A stretch of 17,292 nt of DNA from NCBI GenBank assembly GCA_032249095.1, contig JAVVGN010000042.1, forward strand, positions 1-17,292, written 5' to 3'. Positions within the stretch are counted from its first letter, which is position 1; every line of letters begins with the position of its first letter. The DNA comes from Candidatus Caldarchaeales archaeon. GTDB taxonomy: Archaea; Thermoproteota; Nitrososphaeria_A; Caldarchaeales; Calditenuaceae. The notes beneath the pieces are model-generated. The model had not been told where the DNA came from and ran no database searches. It saw nothing but the letters and a program-made list of their open reading frames with translations. A program made the position numbers and the translations under genes. Of the stretch, positions 1-8,299 are shown piece by piece.

Positions 1-3
1 GTT

Positions 4-52
4 TCGGATAAGACCCTCCACCGGCCCCACATATAAAGAGTAGTGGCCCCAA
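4..52 (+). repeat. 49-nt repeat block, copy 1 (partner at 9393..9441)
   Basis: tcggataagaccctccaccggccCcacatataaagagtagtggccccaa matches 9393..9441 at 48/49 positions by hand alignment. It contains the TATA-like motif catataaagag. Confidence 0.85.
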
Positions 53-250
53 TAGGCCGGTTAGACCACTAGCTAGGAAGAAACTTATGTCTAAAGGCTT
101 GGCCTACCCCAGTCGCAACAGACAGTAAGCAAGCTACTAGAAAAAGTTAGGGAGAGTCGGCTCTAACAGTAGGAAAAATTCCTGAGCTGGGCGCGCTACG
201 ACCTGGACAAACCATCCATAAGAATCACCCCAAACCCCATATTGAGGAGG

Positions 251-397
251 ATGATGGAGAGAGCGGAGGGAGAGAACAGGAAGATAAGGGTCAAGATACT
301 CTATAACAGGTATTATTGGGCAATACAATACAAGAAGAAAAACCTACAAATGGATGGGGCCAAGTGGCGCCATTTGGCGACCCTAACAGTATATTAA
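251..397 (+). pseudogene. Truncated paralog of the 9516..9905 gene (about 36 conserved codons, then divergence to a stop)
   Basis: nt 206..358 align with 9480..9629, including a shared leader (gacaaaccat...aaacccc.tattgagg) and an SD-like GAGGAGG. MMERAEGENRKIRVKILYNRYYWAIQYKKKNLQMDG compares with MEKAEGGARKIEVKILYNKYYWAIKYEKDLDMDG. Similarity is lost after about 358. The 48-codon ORF is below the ORF-track cutoff. Confidence 0.6.
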
Positions 398-400
398 TAG
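391..400 (+). promoter_or_regulatory. TATA-box-like element upstream of sucD
   Basis: atattaatag is centred about 26 nt upstream of the TTG at 421 (and of the TTG at 427). This spacing fits an archaeal leaderless or near-leaderless promoter. It lies at the junction with the repeat-derived sequence. Confidence 0.3.
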
Positions 401-420
401 TTAGGATCTCTTAAGCGTTT

Positions 421-1299
421 TTGGGCTTGGCGATTCTAGTAGGGTCAGGGACGCGGGTTCTTGTCCAGGGGATAACGGGGAGGCAGGGTAGCTTTCACAC
501 GGAGGCGATGCTCAGATACGGTACGCGGATCTTGGCGGGAGTGACGCCGGGGAAGGGTGGAGCCCAGGTCCACGGCGTCCCGGTCTACGACTCTGTGGAA
601 GAGGCCATCCAGGCCCACCCCGAGATAAATGCTTCGATCATTTTTGTCCCAGCAGCAGGGGCGGTGGACGCCTGCTACGAGGCCATCGAGGCTGGGATAA
701 GGCTGATAGTGCTGATAACCGAGGGAATACCGACCCACGACACGATGAGGCTCGTAAGGTACGCTTCCTTAAGGGGCGTCAGGATCATCGGGCCGAACAC
801 ACCGGGCGTGATAACGCCGGGCGAGTGTAAGCTCGGGATAATGCCGGGCGATGCCTTCTCGAGGGGGAGCGTTGGAATCGTCTCACGGAGCGGGACGCTG
901 ACCTACGAGATAGCCCAGAACCTGACGGAGAGGGGGCTGGGCCAAAGCACCTGTGTGGGGATAGGTGGGGACGCGGTCGTCGGCACAGGCTTCATAGAGA
1001 TCCTCGAGATGATGAGGGCGGATCCTGAGACGCGGCTCGTCGTCCTGATAGGAGAGATTGGGGGCGATGCCGAGGAGAGGGTTGCTGAATACATTAGGCG
1101 CGAAAACTATGACAAGCCCGTCGTCGCCTACATCGCGGGGAGGACGGCTCCGCCGGGGAAGAGGATGGGGCACGCAGGAGCCATAATCTCGCTAGGGATG
1201 GGAGACGCCCAGACCAAGATAAACAGGCTCAGCGAGGCCGGGGTGCTAGTAGCTGAGACGCCTGCCGGCGTTGCAGAGGCCGCGGCCAGGCTCCTGTAG
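421..1299 (+). CDS. sucD: Succinyl-CoA synthetase (succinate--CoA ligase) alpha subunit
   Basis: 292 aa with the typical SucD N-terminus ([32 protein letters not shown]) and the phosphohistidine loop ([11 protein letters not shown]). It has CoA-binding and ligase-CoA domain order. The start may instead be the TTG at 427 (MAILV...). Confidence 0.95.
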   Translation: MGLAILVGSGTRVLVQGITGRQGSFHTEAMLRYGTRILAGVTPGKGGAQVHGVPVYDSVEEAIQAHPEINASIIFVPAAGAVDACYEAIEAGIRLIVLITEGIPTHDTMRLVRYASLRGVRIIGPNTPGVITPGECKLGIMPGDAFSRGSVGIVSRSGTLTYEIAQNLTERGLGQSTCVGIGGDAVVGTGFIEILEMMRADPETRLVVLIGEIGGDAEERVAEYIRRENYDKPVVAYIAGRTAPPGKRMGHAGAIISLGMGDAQTKINRLSEAGVLVAETPAGVAEAAARLL

Positions 1300-1308
1300 T
1301 GGGGCCGC

Positions 1309-2490
1309 CTAGAACCCACGGCTCGAGAAACTCTCGTCCACTATATTCTCGATGATGGAGTCGCTGGGCGGCAGCTTGACGCCGTGCCTGCTCAGCGCCT
1401 CGCAGAGGGCCCTGAGCGTCCTCTTGGTCTTCCACGCTGTCACCTCCCCCATGCTACCAATTCTGATCATCCTCCCCCTCTCCCTAGAGACCCCAACCCC
1501 GACGTGGACTCCGAACTCCTCCGCCATAGTCTCGGCGACAGCGGTGTCCTGCACTCCGTCGGGCAGGCGGATCGCGATGAGGGTTGTGGACCTGAAGCCG
1601 GGCTCGGGGTAGATCTCGAGCCCCAGCTCGTCTGCGACCCTGTAGTAGGCCTCGGCCCCAGCTCTATGCCTCTCAACCCACCTCTCGACTCCGAACGAGA
1701 TTATCCTGCTGAGGGCCGCGTCTAGGCCGTAGAAGAGGCTTATCGCCGGTGTGTAAGGGGTCTCGCCCCGCTCCATAAACTTTCTGTGGAGGAGCAGGTC
1801 GAAGTATGCTGGCCTCTTCTTCAGAGACTCGATCTTCTCCCAGGCCCTCTCCGAGACCGCGATCACAGCGAGGCCCGGAGGTGCGGCGAGACACTTCTGA
1901 GTACCAGCGACCAAGACATCAATCCCAGCCTGGTCGAACCCAAACTTGACGCCTCCGAGCGAGGTAACGGCGTCCACGATGAGGAGCGCTCCAGCCCTCC
2001 TACACTCCTCAGCTATCCGCTCTATCGCGGGGGCCAGGGCCCCGGTCGAGGTCTCGTTATGGACCAGAAGCACGGCGTCTACGCCGTCCCGCTCCCCCAG
2101 GGCCCGCTTAACATCCTCGGCCGTCGGAGCCCTCCTCCAAGGCTGCTCCACGACGCTCAGGTTGTCAGTATAGTAGGAGGCGGCCGCCGCCAGCCTCTCG
2201 CCGAACTGGCCCGAGACAAAGGCCACCACCCTGTCCCCCCTCTCTATTGTGTTTGAGAGGGCGGTCTCGACCCCCCCAGTCCCGGAGCAGGTTAAGACAA
2301 AGATATCCCCCGAGGTCCCAACTACCCTGCGGAGCTTATCGATAAGGGACCGGTGGAGCTCCCTGAACTCCCTCCCCCGATGGTTTATCAGGGACCTGCC
2401 GAGCGCCTCGTAGACCTCCTCCGGGACATCCGTAGGCCCCGGAAGCATTAGGAGCTCCCCTTCATCCCTCGCCGTCCGGCCCCCCTTCAA
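1309..2490 (-). CDS. Class V PLP aminotransferase (AGXT / serine-pyruvate / phosphoserine aminotransferase-like)
   Basis: 393 aa with LLMLPGPT at the N-terminus, SGTGGVE, HNETSTG, DAVTSLGG and the GTQKCL PLP-lysine motif. The start is TTG at 2490, with an alternative ATG at 2448. Confidence 0.9.
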   Translation of the reverse strand: MKGGRTARDEGELLMLPGPTDVPEEVYEALGRSLINHRGREFRELHRSLIDKLRRVVGTSGDIFVLTCSGTGGVETALSNTIERGDRVVAFVSGQFGERLAAAASYYTDNLSVVEQPWRRAPTAEDVKRALGERDGVDAVLLVHNETSTGALAPAIERIAEECRRAGALLIVDAVTSLGGVKFGFDQAGIDVLVAGTQKCLAAPPGLAVIAVSERAWEKIESLKKRPAYFDLLLHRKFMERGETPYTPAISLFYGLDAALSRIISFGVERWVERHRAGAEAYYRVADELGLEIYPEPGFRSTTLIAIRLPDGVQDTAVAETMAEEFGVHVGVGVSRERGRMIRIGSMGEVTAWKTKRTLRALCEALSRHGVKLPPSDSIIENIVDESFSSRGF

Positions 2491-2571
2491 TCTAGCTCCG
2501 ATAGACTAACCAGCCGAAATATTAAACCAACTCCGCACTAACCATAAAATCCTGCTCCAGCCCCCTGCTTA

Positions 2572-3519
2572 GTGCGAGACGAGGCTTTGCCTAAGGTCCT
2601 AGTTGCCTGCTCCTTCAGCGTCGAGGGCCTCGGACTGATGAGGGCCGCGGGCCTAGTGGTGGACCACAGGCCCAGCATCACTCAGGAAGAGTTCGACAGG
2701 ATCTACCACGAGTATGATGCGGTGGTTGTGAGGGGCAACGTCCGCGTTAAGCCGGTGGCGCCGGGAGGCAGTCTGAGGGTCGTCGTAAGGGCCGGGTCCG
2801 GGCTCGACAACATAGCGGTGGCAGAGCTGGATAGGATTGGCGTCAAGGTCTATAACACTCCAGACGCCGTCGCGGAGTCTGTTGGCGAGCTGGCGGTGGC
2901 TCTTATGCTGAGCTTGGCGCGCGGCGTCGTCAGGTCTGCCTCGGCGCTCTCGAGGGGTGAGTGGATCAAGCATGGGGTTCTCGGTGCAGAGCTGATGGGA
3001 AAGACGCTGGGGATTATCGGTTTCGGGAGGATAGGGAGGGTGGTGGCGAGGATAGCGCGGGGGATTGGGATGAAGATACTCGTCTACGACGTGCTCAAGT
3101 TCGCGACCGAGGATCTCGCAGAGTACGGGGCGGAGCAGGTCAGCCTCGAAGAGCTGCTAGCGAGATCCGACTTCGTCACAATACATGTCCCCCTGAAGGA
3201 GGATACGAGGCTACTCATAGGAGAGCGTGAACTCAGCATGATGAAGCCTACAGCCTACCTAATCAACACCTCGCGAGGAGGAGTAGTGGATGAGCAGGCC
3301 CTGAAGAAAGCCCTCCGAGAAGGACGGATAGCGGGTGCCGCGCTCGACGTCTTCTCCGAGGAGCCTCCGCGGGACCTAGAGCTGTTAAGCATCCCCAACC
3401 TAGTCGCCACCCCCCACATAGGGTCGCAGACTAGAGAGGCCCAGGAGCGGGCGTCGCTGGAGGCGGCCAGGATCCTGGTGGAGGAGCTTACGGGCCGTAG
3501 GCCCTCACGCGCTACGTGA
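2572..3519 (+). CDS. D-isomer-specific 2-hydroxyacid dehydrogenase (phosphoglycerate dehydrogenase / glyoxylate reductase-like, no ACT domain)
   Basis: 315 aa with the NAD motif GIIGFGRIGRVVA, NTSRGGVVDE, DVFSEEPP and TPHIGSQT (the catalytic R/E/H pattern). GTG start. It is divergent from the aminotransferase gene. Confidence 0.9.
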   Translation: MRDEALPKVLVACSFSVEGLGLMRAAGLVVDHRPSITQEEFDRIYHEYDAVVVRGNVRVKPVAPGGSLRVVVRAGSGLDNIAVAELDRIGVKVYNTPDAVAESVGELAVALMLSLARGVVRSASALSRGEWIKHGVLGAELMGKTLGIIGFGRIGRVVARIARGIGMKILVYDVLKFATEDLAEYGAEQVSLEELLARSDFVTIHVPLKEDTRLLIGERELSMMKPTAYLINTSRGGVVDEQALKKALREGRIAGAALDVFSEEPPRDLELLSIPNLVATPHIGSQTREAQERASLEAARILVEELTGRRPSRAT

Positions 3520-5021
3520 TTCGTTTAAATACGATACGCTATCCACTTGAAGGCGTGGTGAGTCGGGTGCAGCGCCCCCTACTACTCGCATTAGAGTTGG
3601 CTATACTGCTCCTGATGATTGGGGCTGCGTCGGCGGTCCCCGGCGGATTCAACATCCTTGTCGAGGATGGCAGGCTGAAGGTCAGGCTCACCTACCCGCC
3701 GGAGGTAGAGATCGGCTCGTGCTTCAACGTCCAGATAGAGGTGACGGCGCTCTCTGCGCTCGAAGACCTGAACCTTAGACTCAAGGTAACCTACTTCTAC
3801 GACGCTGGGAGCCAGGTGCTCTACGACCAGCTATTAATCGACACCCTCGATGTCGCAGGACCACAGGTCGTCCTGCTCAAGAACATAGTCCTCTGCATCC
3901 CCTCACCTGTAAGGATCGACCCCTTCCTCGAAGCCCGGCTAACCACAAGCTACACCATCGACACTACGACGATCGAGCTGACAAACACGTTCTACCTCAG
4001 CACTGTTAGGCAGATATCCTACGAGAGGCTCTCGTCGATGCTCGCCTCGGCGAACCAGGAGGTCTCGAGGCTCAGGGCAGAGGTTGACCGGCTGAGGAGC
4101 GAGCTAGGCAGGCTTGAAGCCAGGCTTCAGGACGCTGCTAGTAGGGAGGAGCAGCTGAAGGCCGACCTGCAGGCCCTCACCCTAGAGAATCAGAGGCTCA
4201 GGGACAAGATCGCGGAGCTTCAGACGCTTAGCGAGGCCCTCGGCCGACAGCTCTCCGCGCTAAACGATAGATACACAGCGCTGCTGAAGGATTACTCGGC
4301 CCTCGACGAGCGTAACAAGAGCCTGATGGACAGCTACCTCGCCCTCCAGAAGAGCTTCGAGGAGCTGAGGAGGGACTACGAGGCCGTCTCCAGAGACCTA
4401 GCATCCATGAGGAGCATGTACAGCGACCTTCAGGCGAGGCACGAGGGGCTGAGGTCCTCCTACGAGGGCGCCGTCAAGACGATCGGGGAGCTACAGGGGA
4501 GGCTGGGCGAGGTTGAGAGACAGAAGGGTGTTCTGGAGGGGATGCTCAGCCAGGCGCTCGGCGAGAGCGGGTTCCTCAGAAACGTGGCCGTGGCGCAGGG
4601 CGTCGGCATCGCCGCCCTAGGGGGAGGGCTCGGGCTCTGGGCCATTACTAGGAGGAGGCGGAGACCACCAGCGCCCTCCACGGCGCCCCAGCCCCCGCCA
4701 AGCCAGCCCTCGAGCCCCCAACCCCAAGCCAACCCACCGAGTACAACGGCCCTAACTGAGGGTGAGGAGGTGGTTGCTCAGGAGTCTTCGGAGGAGGCGG
4801 TCCAGAAGGTTATATCTGGGCGGAGAGTTACCATACCCTCGCGCCTGGCGGAGAGGCTGGGCCTCTCTATAGGCGACCACGTGAAGATAAGCCTGCTTGG
4901 CGAGAGGATCGTACTAACACCGATCCGGGCTAATGGATTAGCTGGTCCACAGCCTGCTGGGCCTGTCTCACAACCTCAACACTCCTCAGGAATTCAGACC
5001 TCTCGGACTCAGTCAGGCTGA
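3516..5021 (+). CDS. Membrane protein: N-terminal TM, beta-rich domain, long coiled coil, second TM, Pro-rich linker, C-terminal SpoVT/AbrB-like domain
   Basis: 501 aa. The GTG start overlaps the upstream stop (GTGA). It has hydrophobic segments LLLALELAILLLMIGAASAV and VAVAQGVGIAALGGGLGLWAIT followed by RRRRR. A heptad-like L/E/R-rich stretch runs about aa 170-345. The linker is PPAPSTAPQPPPSQPSSPQPQ. The AbrB-like hairpin motif is RRVTIPSRLAERLGLSIGDHVKISLLGERIVLTPI. Confidence 0.7.
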   Translation: MIRLNTIRYPLEGVVSRVQRPLLLALELAILLLMIGAASAVPGGFNILVEDGRLKVRLTYPPEVEIGSCFNVQIEVTALSALEDLNLRLKVTYFYDAGSQVLYDQLLIDTLDVAGPQVVLLKNIVLCIPSPVRIDPFLEARLTTSYTIDTTTIELTNTFYLSTVRQISYERLSSMLASANQEVSRLRAEVDRLRSELGRLEARLQDAASREEQLKADLQALTLENQRLRDKIAELQTLSEALGRQLSALNDRYTALLKDYSALDERNKSLMDSYLALQKSFEELRRDYEAVSRDLASMRSMYSDLQARHEGLRSSYEGAVKTIGELQGRLGEVERQKGVLEGMLSQALGESGFLRNVAVAQGVGIAALGGGLGLWAITRRRRRPPAPSTAPQPPPSQPSSPQPQANPPSTTALTEGEEVVAQESSEEAVQKVISGRRVTIPSRLAERLGLSIGDHVKISLLGERIVLTPIRANGLAGPQPAGPVSQPQHSSGIQTSRTQSG

Positions 5022-5880
5022 GCTCTATCACCCTCTTGACGCCGCTCCACCCCAGGACCGCTGGGACAACGACGCAGACGCCCTCCACGCCGTACTCGCC
5101 CTTGAGGTAGAGAGAGACGGGTACCACAGCGTTAGTATCGCGGATAATAGCCTCAGCCATCAGGGCCGCACCGGCCCCAGGTGCATGGCTCGCCGACCAG
5201 CCCTTCAAGGAGATCACCTCGGCCCCAGCCCTCCTAGTCCTCTCCACCAGCTCCCTGATCCTCTCACTCGGGAGCAGCGAGGTAAGCGGCTCCCCAAGCA
5301 CCGTCGTGAGCCTCGGCAACAGGACCATCGAGTCGCCATGCTCACCTATTATCGGGCCGATGATTGAGGATCGTGAGACACCTAGCTCCCTGGCCACAAG
5401 GTATCTGAAGCGGCCGAAGTCTAGGAGGCCGCTGAAGCCCATCACCCTCTCCCTCTCAAACCCCGTCCTCCTCAGCGCCACGTAGGTCATCACGTCGAGG
5501 GGGTTAGTCACCATGATCACCCGTGACCTCGACGCGTACTCGCGTATCTTGTCTGAAACATCCAAGACGATCGAGGCATTCTTAGTCAGGAGGTCCATCC
5601 TAGTCATGTCGGCCCTCCTAACGACGCCGGCCGTCACTATCACGAGGTCCGCGCCGGAGAGGTCGCGGTAGTCGTTTGACCCCGTGATCTCGACATCGAT
5701 CCCGAGTATAGACGCCATGTGTGAGAGGTCTAGCGCCTCACCCTGCGGAAGCCCCTGGATGATGTCTATTAGCACCAAGTCACCCAGACCCTTCATCGCG
5801 ACCTGTATCGCCGTAGAGACACCGACCCTCCCGCAGCCGACGATACCGATTAGAGCCACGCGAATCCATCTACCCGCCAA
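4930..5880 (-). CDS. mdh: Malate dehydrogenase (LDH-like MDH family)
   Basis: 316 aa with the Rossmann motif IGIVGCGRVG, the substrate loop TAGVVRRADMTRMDLL (Arg at the MDH-discriminating position) and the catalytic motif IGEHGDSM. The TTG start at 5880 is uncertain; a downstream GTG giving MALIGIVG is possible. Confidence 0.85.
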   Translation of the reverse strand: MAGRWIRVALIGIVGCGRVGVSTAIQVAMKGLGDLVLIDIIQGLPQGEALDLSHMASILGIDVEITGSNDYRDLSGADLVIVTAGVVRRADMTRMDLLTKNASIVLDVSDKIREYASRSRVIMVTNPLDVMTYVALRRTGFERERVMGFSGLLDFGRFRYLVARELGVSRSSIIGPIIGEHGDSMVLLPRLTTVLGEPLTSLLPSERIRELVERTRRAGAEVISLKGWSASHAPGAGAALMAEAIIRDTNAVVPVSLYLKGEYGVEGVCVVVPAVLGWSGVKRVIELSLTESERSEFLRSVEVVRQAQQAVDQLIH

Positions 5881-5925
5881 ACTAAAAAGGTATTCTACCT
5901 AGATATTCATGGATCCGTTACGGGG

Positions 5926-6831
5926 ATGTTCCCGGTATCCGAGATAGCTGAGGGAGTATATGTGGTCGATACCGGCGGCCTGGGATACTGGAACACGGTC
6001 GCCGCCTACGTGGTGAGGGGCAGCCGCTACGCCGCGGTCCTGGACACCGGCTACGCCTCAGGGGCCGCCCGCATCGTCTCGGCGCTCACAAGAATAGGCG
6101 TGGAGAAGGGCGAGTTGCGATACATAATACCCACCCACGCGCACCTAGACCACTGCGGAGCGTCAGGCGACCTCCTCGCGTCCTACCCTCTCTCCGGGGT
6201 CTATGCCCACGAGAGGGCTGTCCCACACCTCGTGGACCCCTCCAGGCTTCTCGCAAGCGTGAGGTCAATCTACAGCGACGGCCTCCTACAGCGGATGGGA
6301 GGTATGAGGCCCACCGAGGAGGGAAGGACCTACGTATTGGGTGATGGTGAGGAGATTGGTCTCGGCGGTCTAACTGTCAGGGCGGTTTACACCCCGGGCC
6401 ACGCCCCGCACCACCTCTCGCTCGAGATAGTTGAGAGGGGATACATCGTGACTGGCGACGCAGTCCCGTCCAGGTACCCCTTCGCCAGCTACTACATACC
6501 CAACGCCGTCCCCCCGCGTTACGACTACGAGCTGGCCCTCGCGAGCATCAAGAAGCTCTTCGGGTTGGGCCCCAGACTGCTCCTGACGCCGCATTATGGG
6601 CCGTTAATCGCCTCGGAGGCGCTGATGGAGAAGTATATCGAGGTTATAGAAGCCTGCGTTGGGCTGGCCAGGAGCCTAGCTAGAGGGGCGGGCCGCGTTG
6701 AGGAGCTTGAGGCCGCCGTCAGAAGAAGGATCGCCGGCGAGGTGGATCCCAGAGGCCTGCACCCCTCTATAAGAACTGCGTTAAGGTTTGTCGCGCTCTC
6801 ACTCCACCAGACCTACAGCTCGTCGACGTAG
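5926..6831 (+). CDS. MBL-fold metallo-hydrolase
   Basis: 301 aa with the HxHxDH motif (THAHLDHCG) and a later TPGHAPHH metal ligand motif. Confidence 0.85.
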   Translation: MFPVSEIAEGVYVVDTGGLGYWNTVAAYVVRGSRYAAVLDTGYASGAARIVSALTRIGVEKGELRYIIPTHAHLDHCGASGDLLASYPLSGVYAHERAVPHLVDPSRLLASVRSIYSDGLLQRMGGMRPTEEGRTYVLGDGEEIGLGGLTVRAVYTPGHAPHHLSLEIVERGYIVTGDAVPSRYPFASYYIPNAVPPRYDYELALASIKKLFGLGPRLLLTPHYGPLIASEALMEKYIEVIEACVGLARSLARGAGRVEELEAAVRRRIAGEVDPRGLHPSIRTALRFVALSLHQTYSSST

Positions 6832-7613
6832 GTGAAGCTGAGCCCGCCCGCACCGATAACTGCCACTGCTGGCCTTATGTGGTAGTATCTGCAGGAGAAG
6901 ACCGTCGCGAGCATCTGGCCGAAGAGCACCTCGTATCCGCCTGGGACAGGCTCGTGAGCCCTGACCAGCCTCTCGCAGCGGCTCGAGGAGAGGAACCTTT
7001 CGAGCGCCCTCCTACCGAAGAGCCTCGCCATGCCTCCCCTCGGGCTCGGGCCAAACTCCTCCAGTCCCTCGCTAGGATCGTTCCAGAGAGCTTGGAAGAC
7101 TACCGGGTCCTCCAGATCCTCTCCCTGCTTCCCACGCTGCTCCAGATCGCTTATTGAGGAGGCGCCCTCTGGGACCCCGCCGTGTAGCAGTATTGTTGAG
7201 CGGTTCAGGACTGCTCCGATGGGGATGGTGGCGTAGAGCTCCGCGAAGAGGCTGTAGGCGCCTGCGCCAAGCCTTCTAGACACGACGTCGTAGAAGCCAA
7301 AGTACATGTTCATCTCTCGCGTCTCGTGGTTCCCCCTGAGCAGGTAGACCCGGGATGGCTCTGTCTGCTTCGCCTCTAGGAGTCTAACCAGGTTCTCGAG
7401 CTGGTAGGGGCCGCGGTCAACATAGTCTCCGAGAAAAACCATCACTCCGCTCGCACACCTGTCCAGCACCCTCTCGGAGGTCTCGTGGTCTCCATGCGTA
7501 TCCCCCACAACTAGGGCGCTCCCCGCCTCGATACGCAGGACCGGCCCCTCCCTCGAGAGAATTGCCATAGCATCCTCCACAACCCGCCTCACAGTCCCGA
7601 GACTAATCGACAA
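6813..7613 (-). CDS. PPP-family serine/threonine protein phosphatase (metallophosphoesterase)
   Basis: 266 aa with GDTHGD, GDYVDRG and RGNHE motifs in canonical order. TTG start. Its 3' end overlaps the MBL gene convergently by 19 nt. Confidence 0.85.
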   Translation of the reverse strand: MSISLGTVRRVVEDAMAILSREGPVLRIEAGSALVVGDTHGDHETSERVLDRCASGVMVFLGDYVDRGPYQLENLVRLLEAKQTEPSRVYLLRGNHETREMNMYFGFYDVVSRRLGAGAYSLFAELYATIPIGAVLNRSTILLHGGVPEGASSISDLEQRGKQGEDLEDPVVFQALWNDPSEGLEEFGPSPRGGMARLFGRRALERFLSSSRCERLVRAHEPVPGGYEVLFGQMLATVFSCRYYHIRPAVAVIGAGGLSFTYVDEL

Positions 7614-7716
7614 ACCCCCTTATTCCCGATGATGTTCTCGCAGCCTGCTCAAAAACTCATTGCTATATTTGGGGGATATAGTGTCCAAATAAGCATTTTT
7701 GGCTCATCTCCGGTAG

Positions 7717-7778
7717 CGTCCAAATAACGGGTTTATATAGCTGAGGTCCTCCTGAAACAACCTCGCGAGTAGAAATAG
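7717..7778 (+). repeat. Left arm of a long-range inverted repeat (partner 15146..15212)
   Basis: The reverse complement of 7717..7778 aligns with 15146..15212. One module, tctatttctactcgcgagg, matches 19/19. A second module, cag.tata.aaacccgttatttggac, matches 24/26. The middle is looser. It includes a TATA-like tttatata. Confidence 0.8.
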
Positions 7779-7790
7779 ACGCCCCAAGAC

Positions 7791-7800
7791 AGTATTTAAA
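7791..7800 (+). promoter_or_regulatory. TATA-box-like element upstream of the hemerythrin-like gene
   Basis: gtatttaaag lies about 55-60 nt upstream of the TTG at 7855. It sits inside the inverted-repeat element. Confidence 0.3.
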
Positions 7801-7854
7801 GCCTTATTTGGACACTACCTATTTGGGGGAGAATCACATGGCCCTTGAGGATTC

Positions 7855-8280
7855 TTGAGGCCGCGTAGCTTGGAACTCCCCGAGCTGGTCAAGATACTCA
7901 TAGAGGAGCATAAAAACGTGAGGGTCCTCCTCCTCAAGATACACCACCTAATATCTGAGGGGCGGGACAAAGAGGTCGCCGAGGCTCTGAAAGATTTCAA
8001 GCCCTACCTCGACCAACACATTATCGACGAGGAGGCGACTATCCTCAAGATACTGCTAGAAGCCTACGGCAGGCAAGGGGCTGAGAACGCAATAAAGGTG
8101 TTCCAGCAGCATAGAGAGGTCCACCAGCTAATAACGGAGCTGACACGCGCTGAGAGCCCTGAGGAGTTGAGAGATAAGAGGGAGAGGCTGAGGCAGATCC
8201 TCGAGTCCCACTTCGCGGCGGAGGAGTCGGGAATCTTCCCCTGGGCCCTCGAGACGTACCGAAGGGTGAGGAGAGAATAG
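7855..8280 (+). CDS. Hemerythrin-like (HHE cation-binding) domain protein
   Basis: 141 aa, all-helical in appearance. His/Glu ligand pattern: EEH, HIIDEE (HxxxE), QQHREVH and SHFAAEE (HxxxE). The TTG start is uncertain. Confidence 0.65.
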   Translation: MRPRSLELPELVKILIEEHKNVRVLLLKIHHLISEGRDKEVAEALKDFKPYLDQHIIDEEATILKILLEAYGRQGAENAIKVFQQHREVHQLITELTRAESPEELRDKRERLRQILESHFAAEESGIFPWALETYRRVRRE

Positions 8281-8299
8281 GGGAGAGAAGCTTCATGAA

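Larger units (their letters stand above)
7679..7815. repeat. MITE-like element, or operator array, bounded by 14-nt terminal inverted repeats
   Basis: AGTGTCCAAATAAG at 7679..7692 is the exact reverse complement of 7802..7815. An 11-nt direct repeat TATTTGGGGGA lies 3 nt outside each end (7665..7675 and 7819..7829). The motif CCAAATA/TATTTGG occurs five times in 7665..7825. Confidence 0.55.

Noticed and set aside
137-328. 63-aa ORF on the minus strand in the leading repeat region
   Set aside because: It lies opposite the conserved plus-strand leader and N-terminal coding remnant. It has no start context or recognisable motif, and the paralogous region at 9480..9629 has no matching minus-strand ORF in the track.
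445-1435. Several 63-97 aa ORFs (445..738, 883..1173, 903..1094, 1128..1319, 1229..1435), lying antisense to sucD or in the opposite-sense frames at its 3' end and across the sucD/aminotransferase junction
   Set aside because: They are Pro/Arg/Ser-rich translations with no motifs. They lie inside or across well-supported genes and are typical shadow ORFs of GC-rich DNA.
1352-2256. Plus-strand and minus-strand out-of-frame ORFs inside the aminotransferase gene
   Set aside because: These shadow ORFs have low-complexity translations, while the 393-aa minus-strand frame carries all the class V aminotransferase motifs.
7623-7662. Possible C/D-box sRNA (gatgatgt resembling a C box)
   Set aside because: No properly spaced D box (CUGA) is present, there is no terminal stem and the C box is imperfect.
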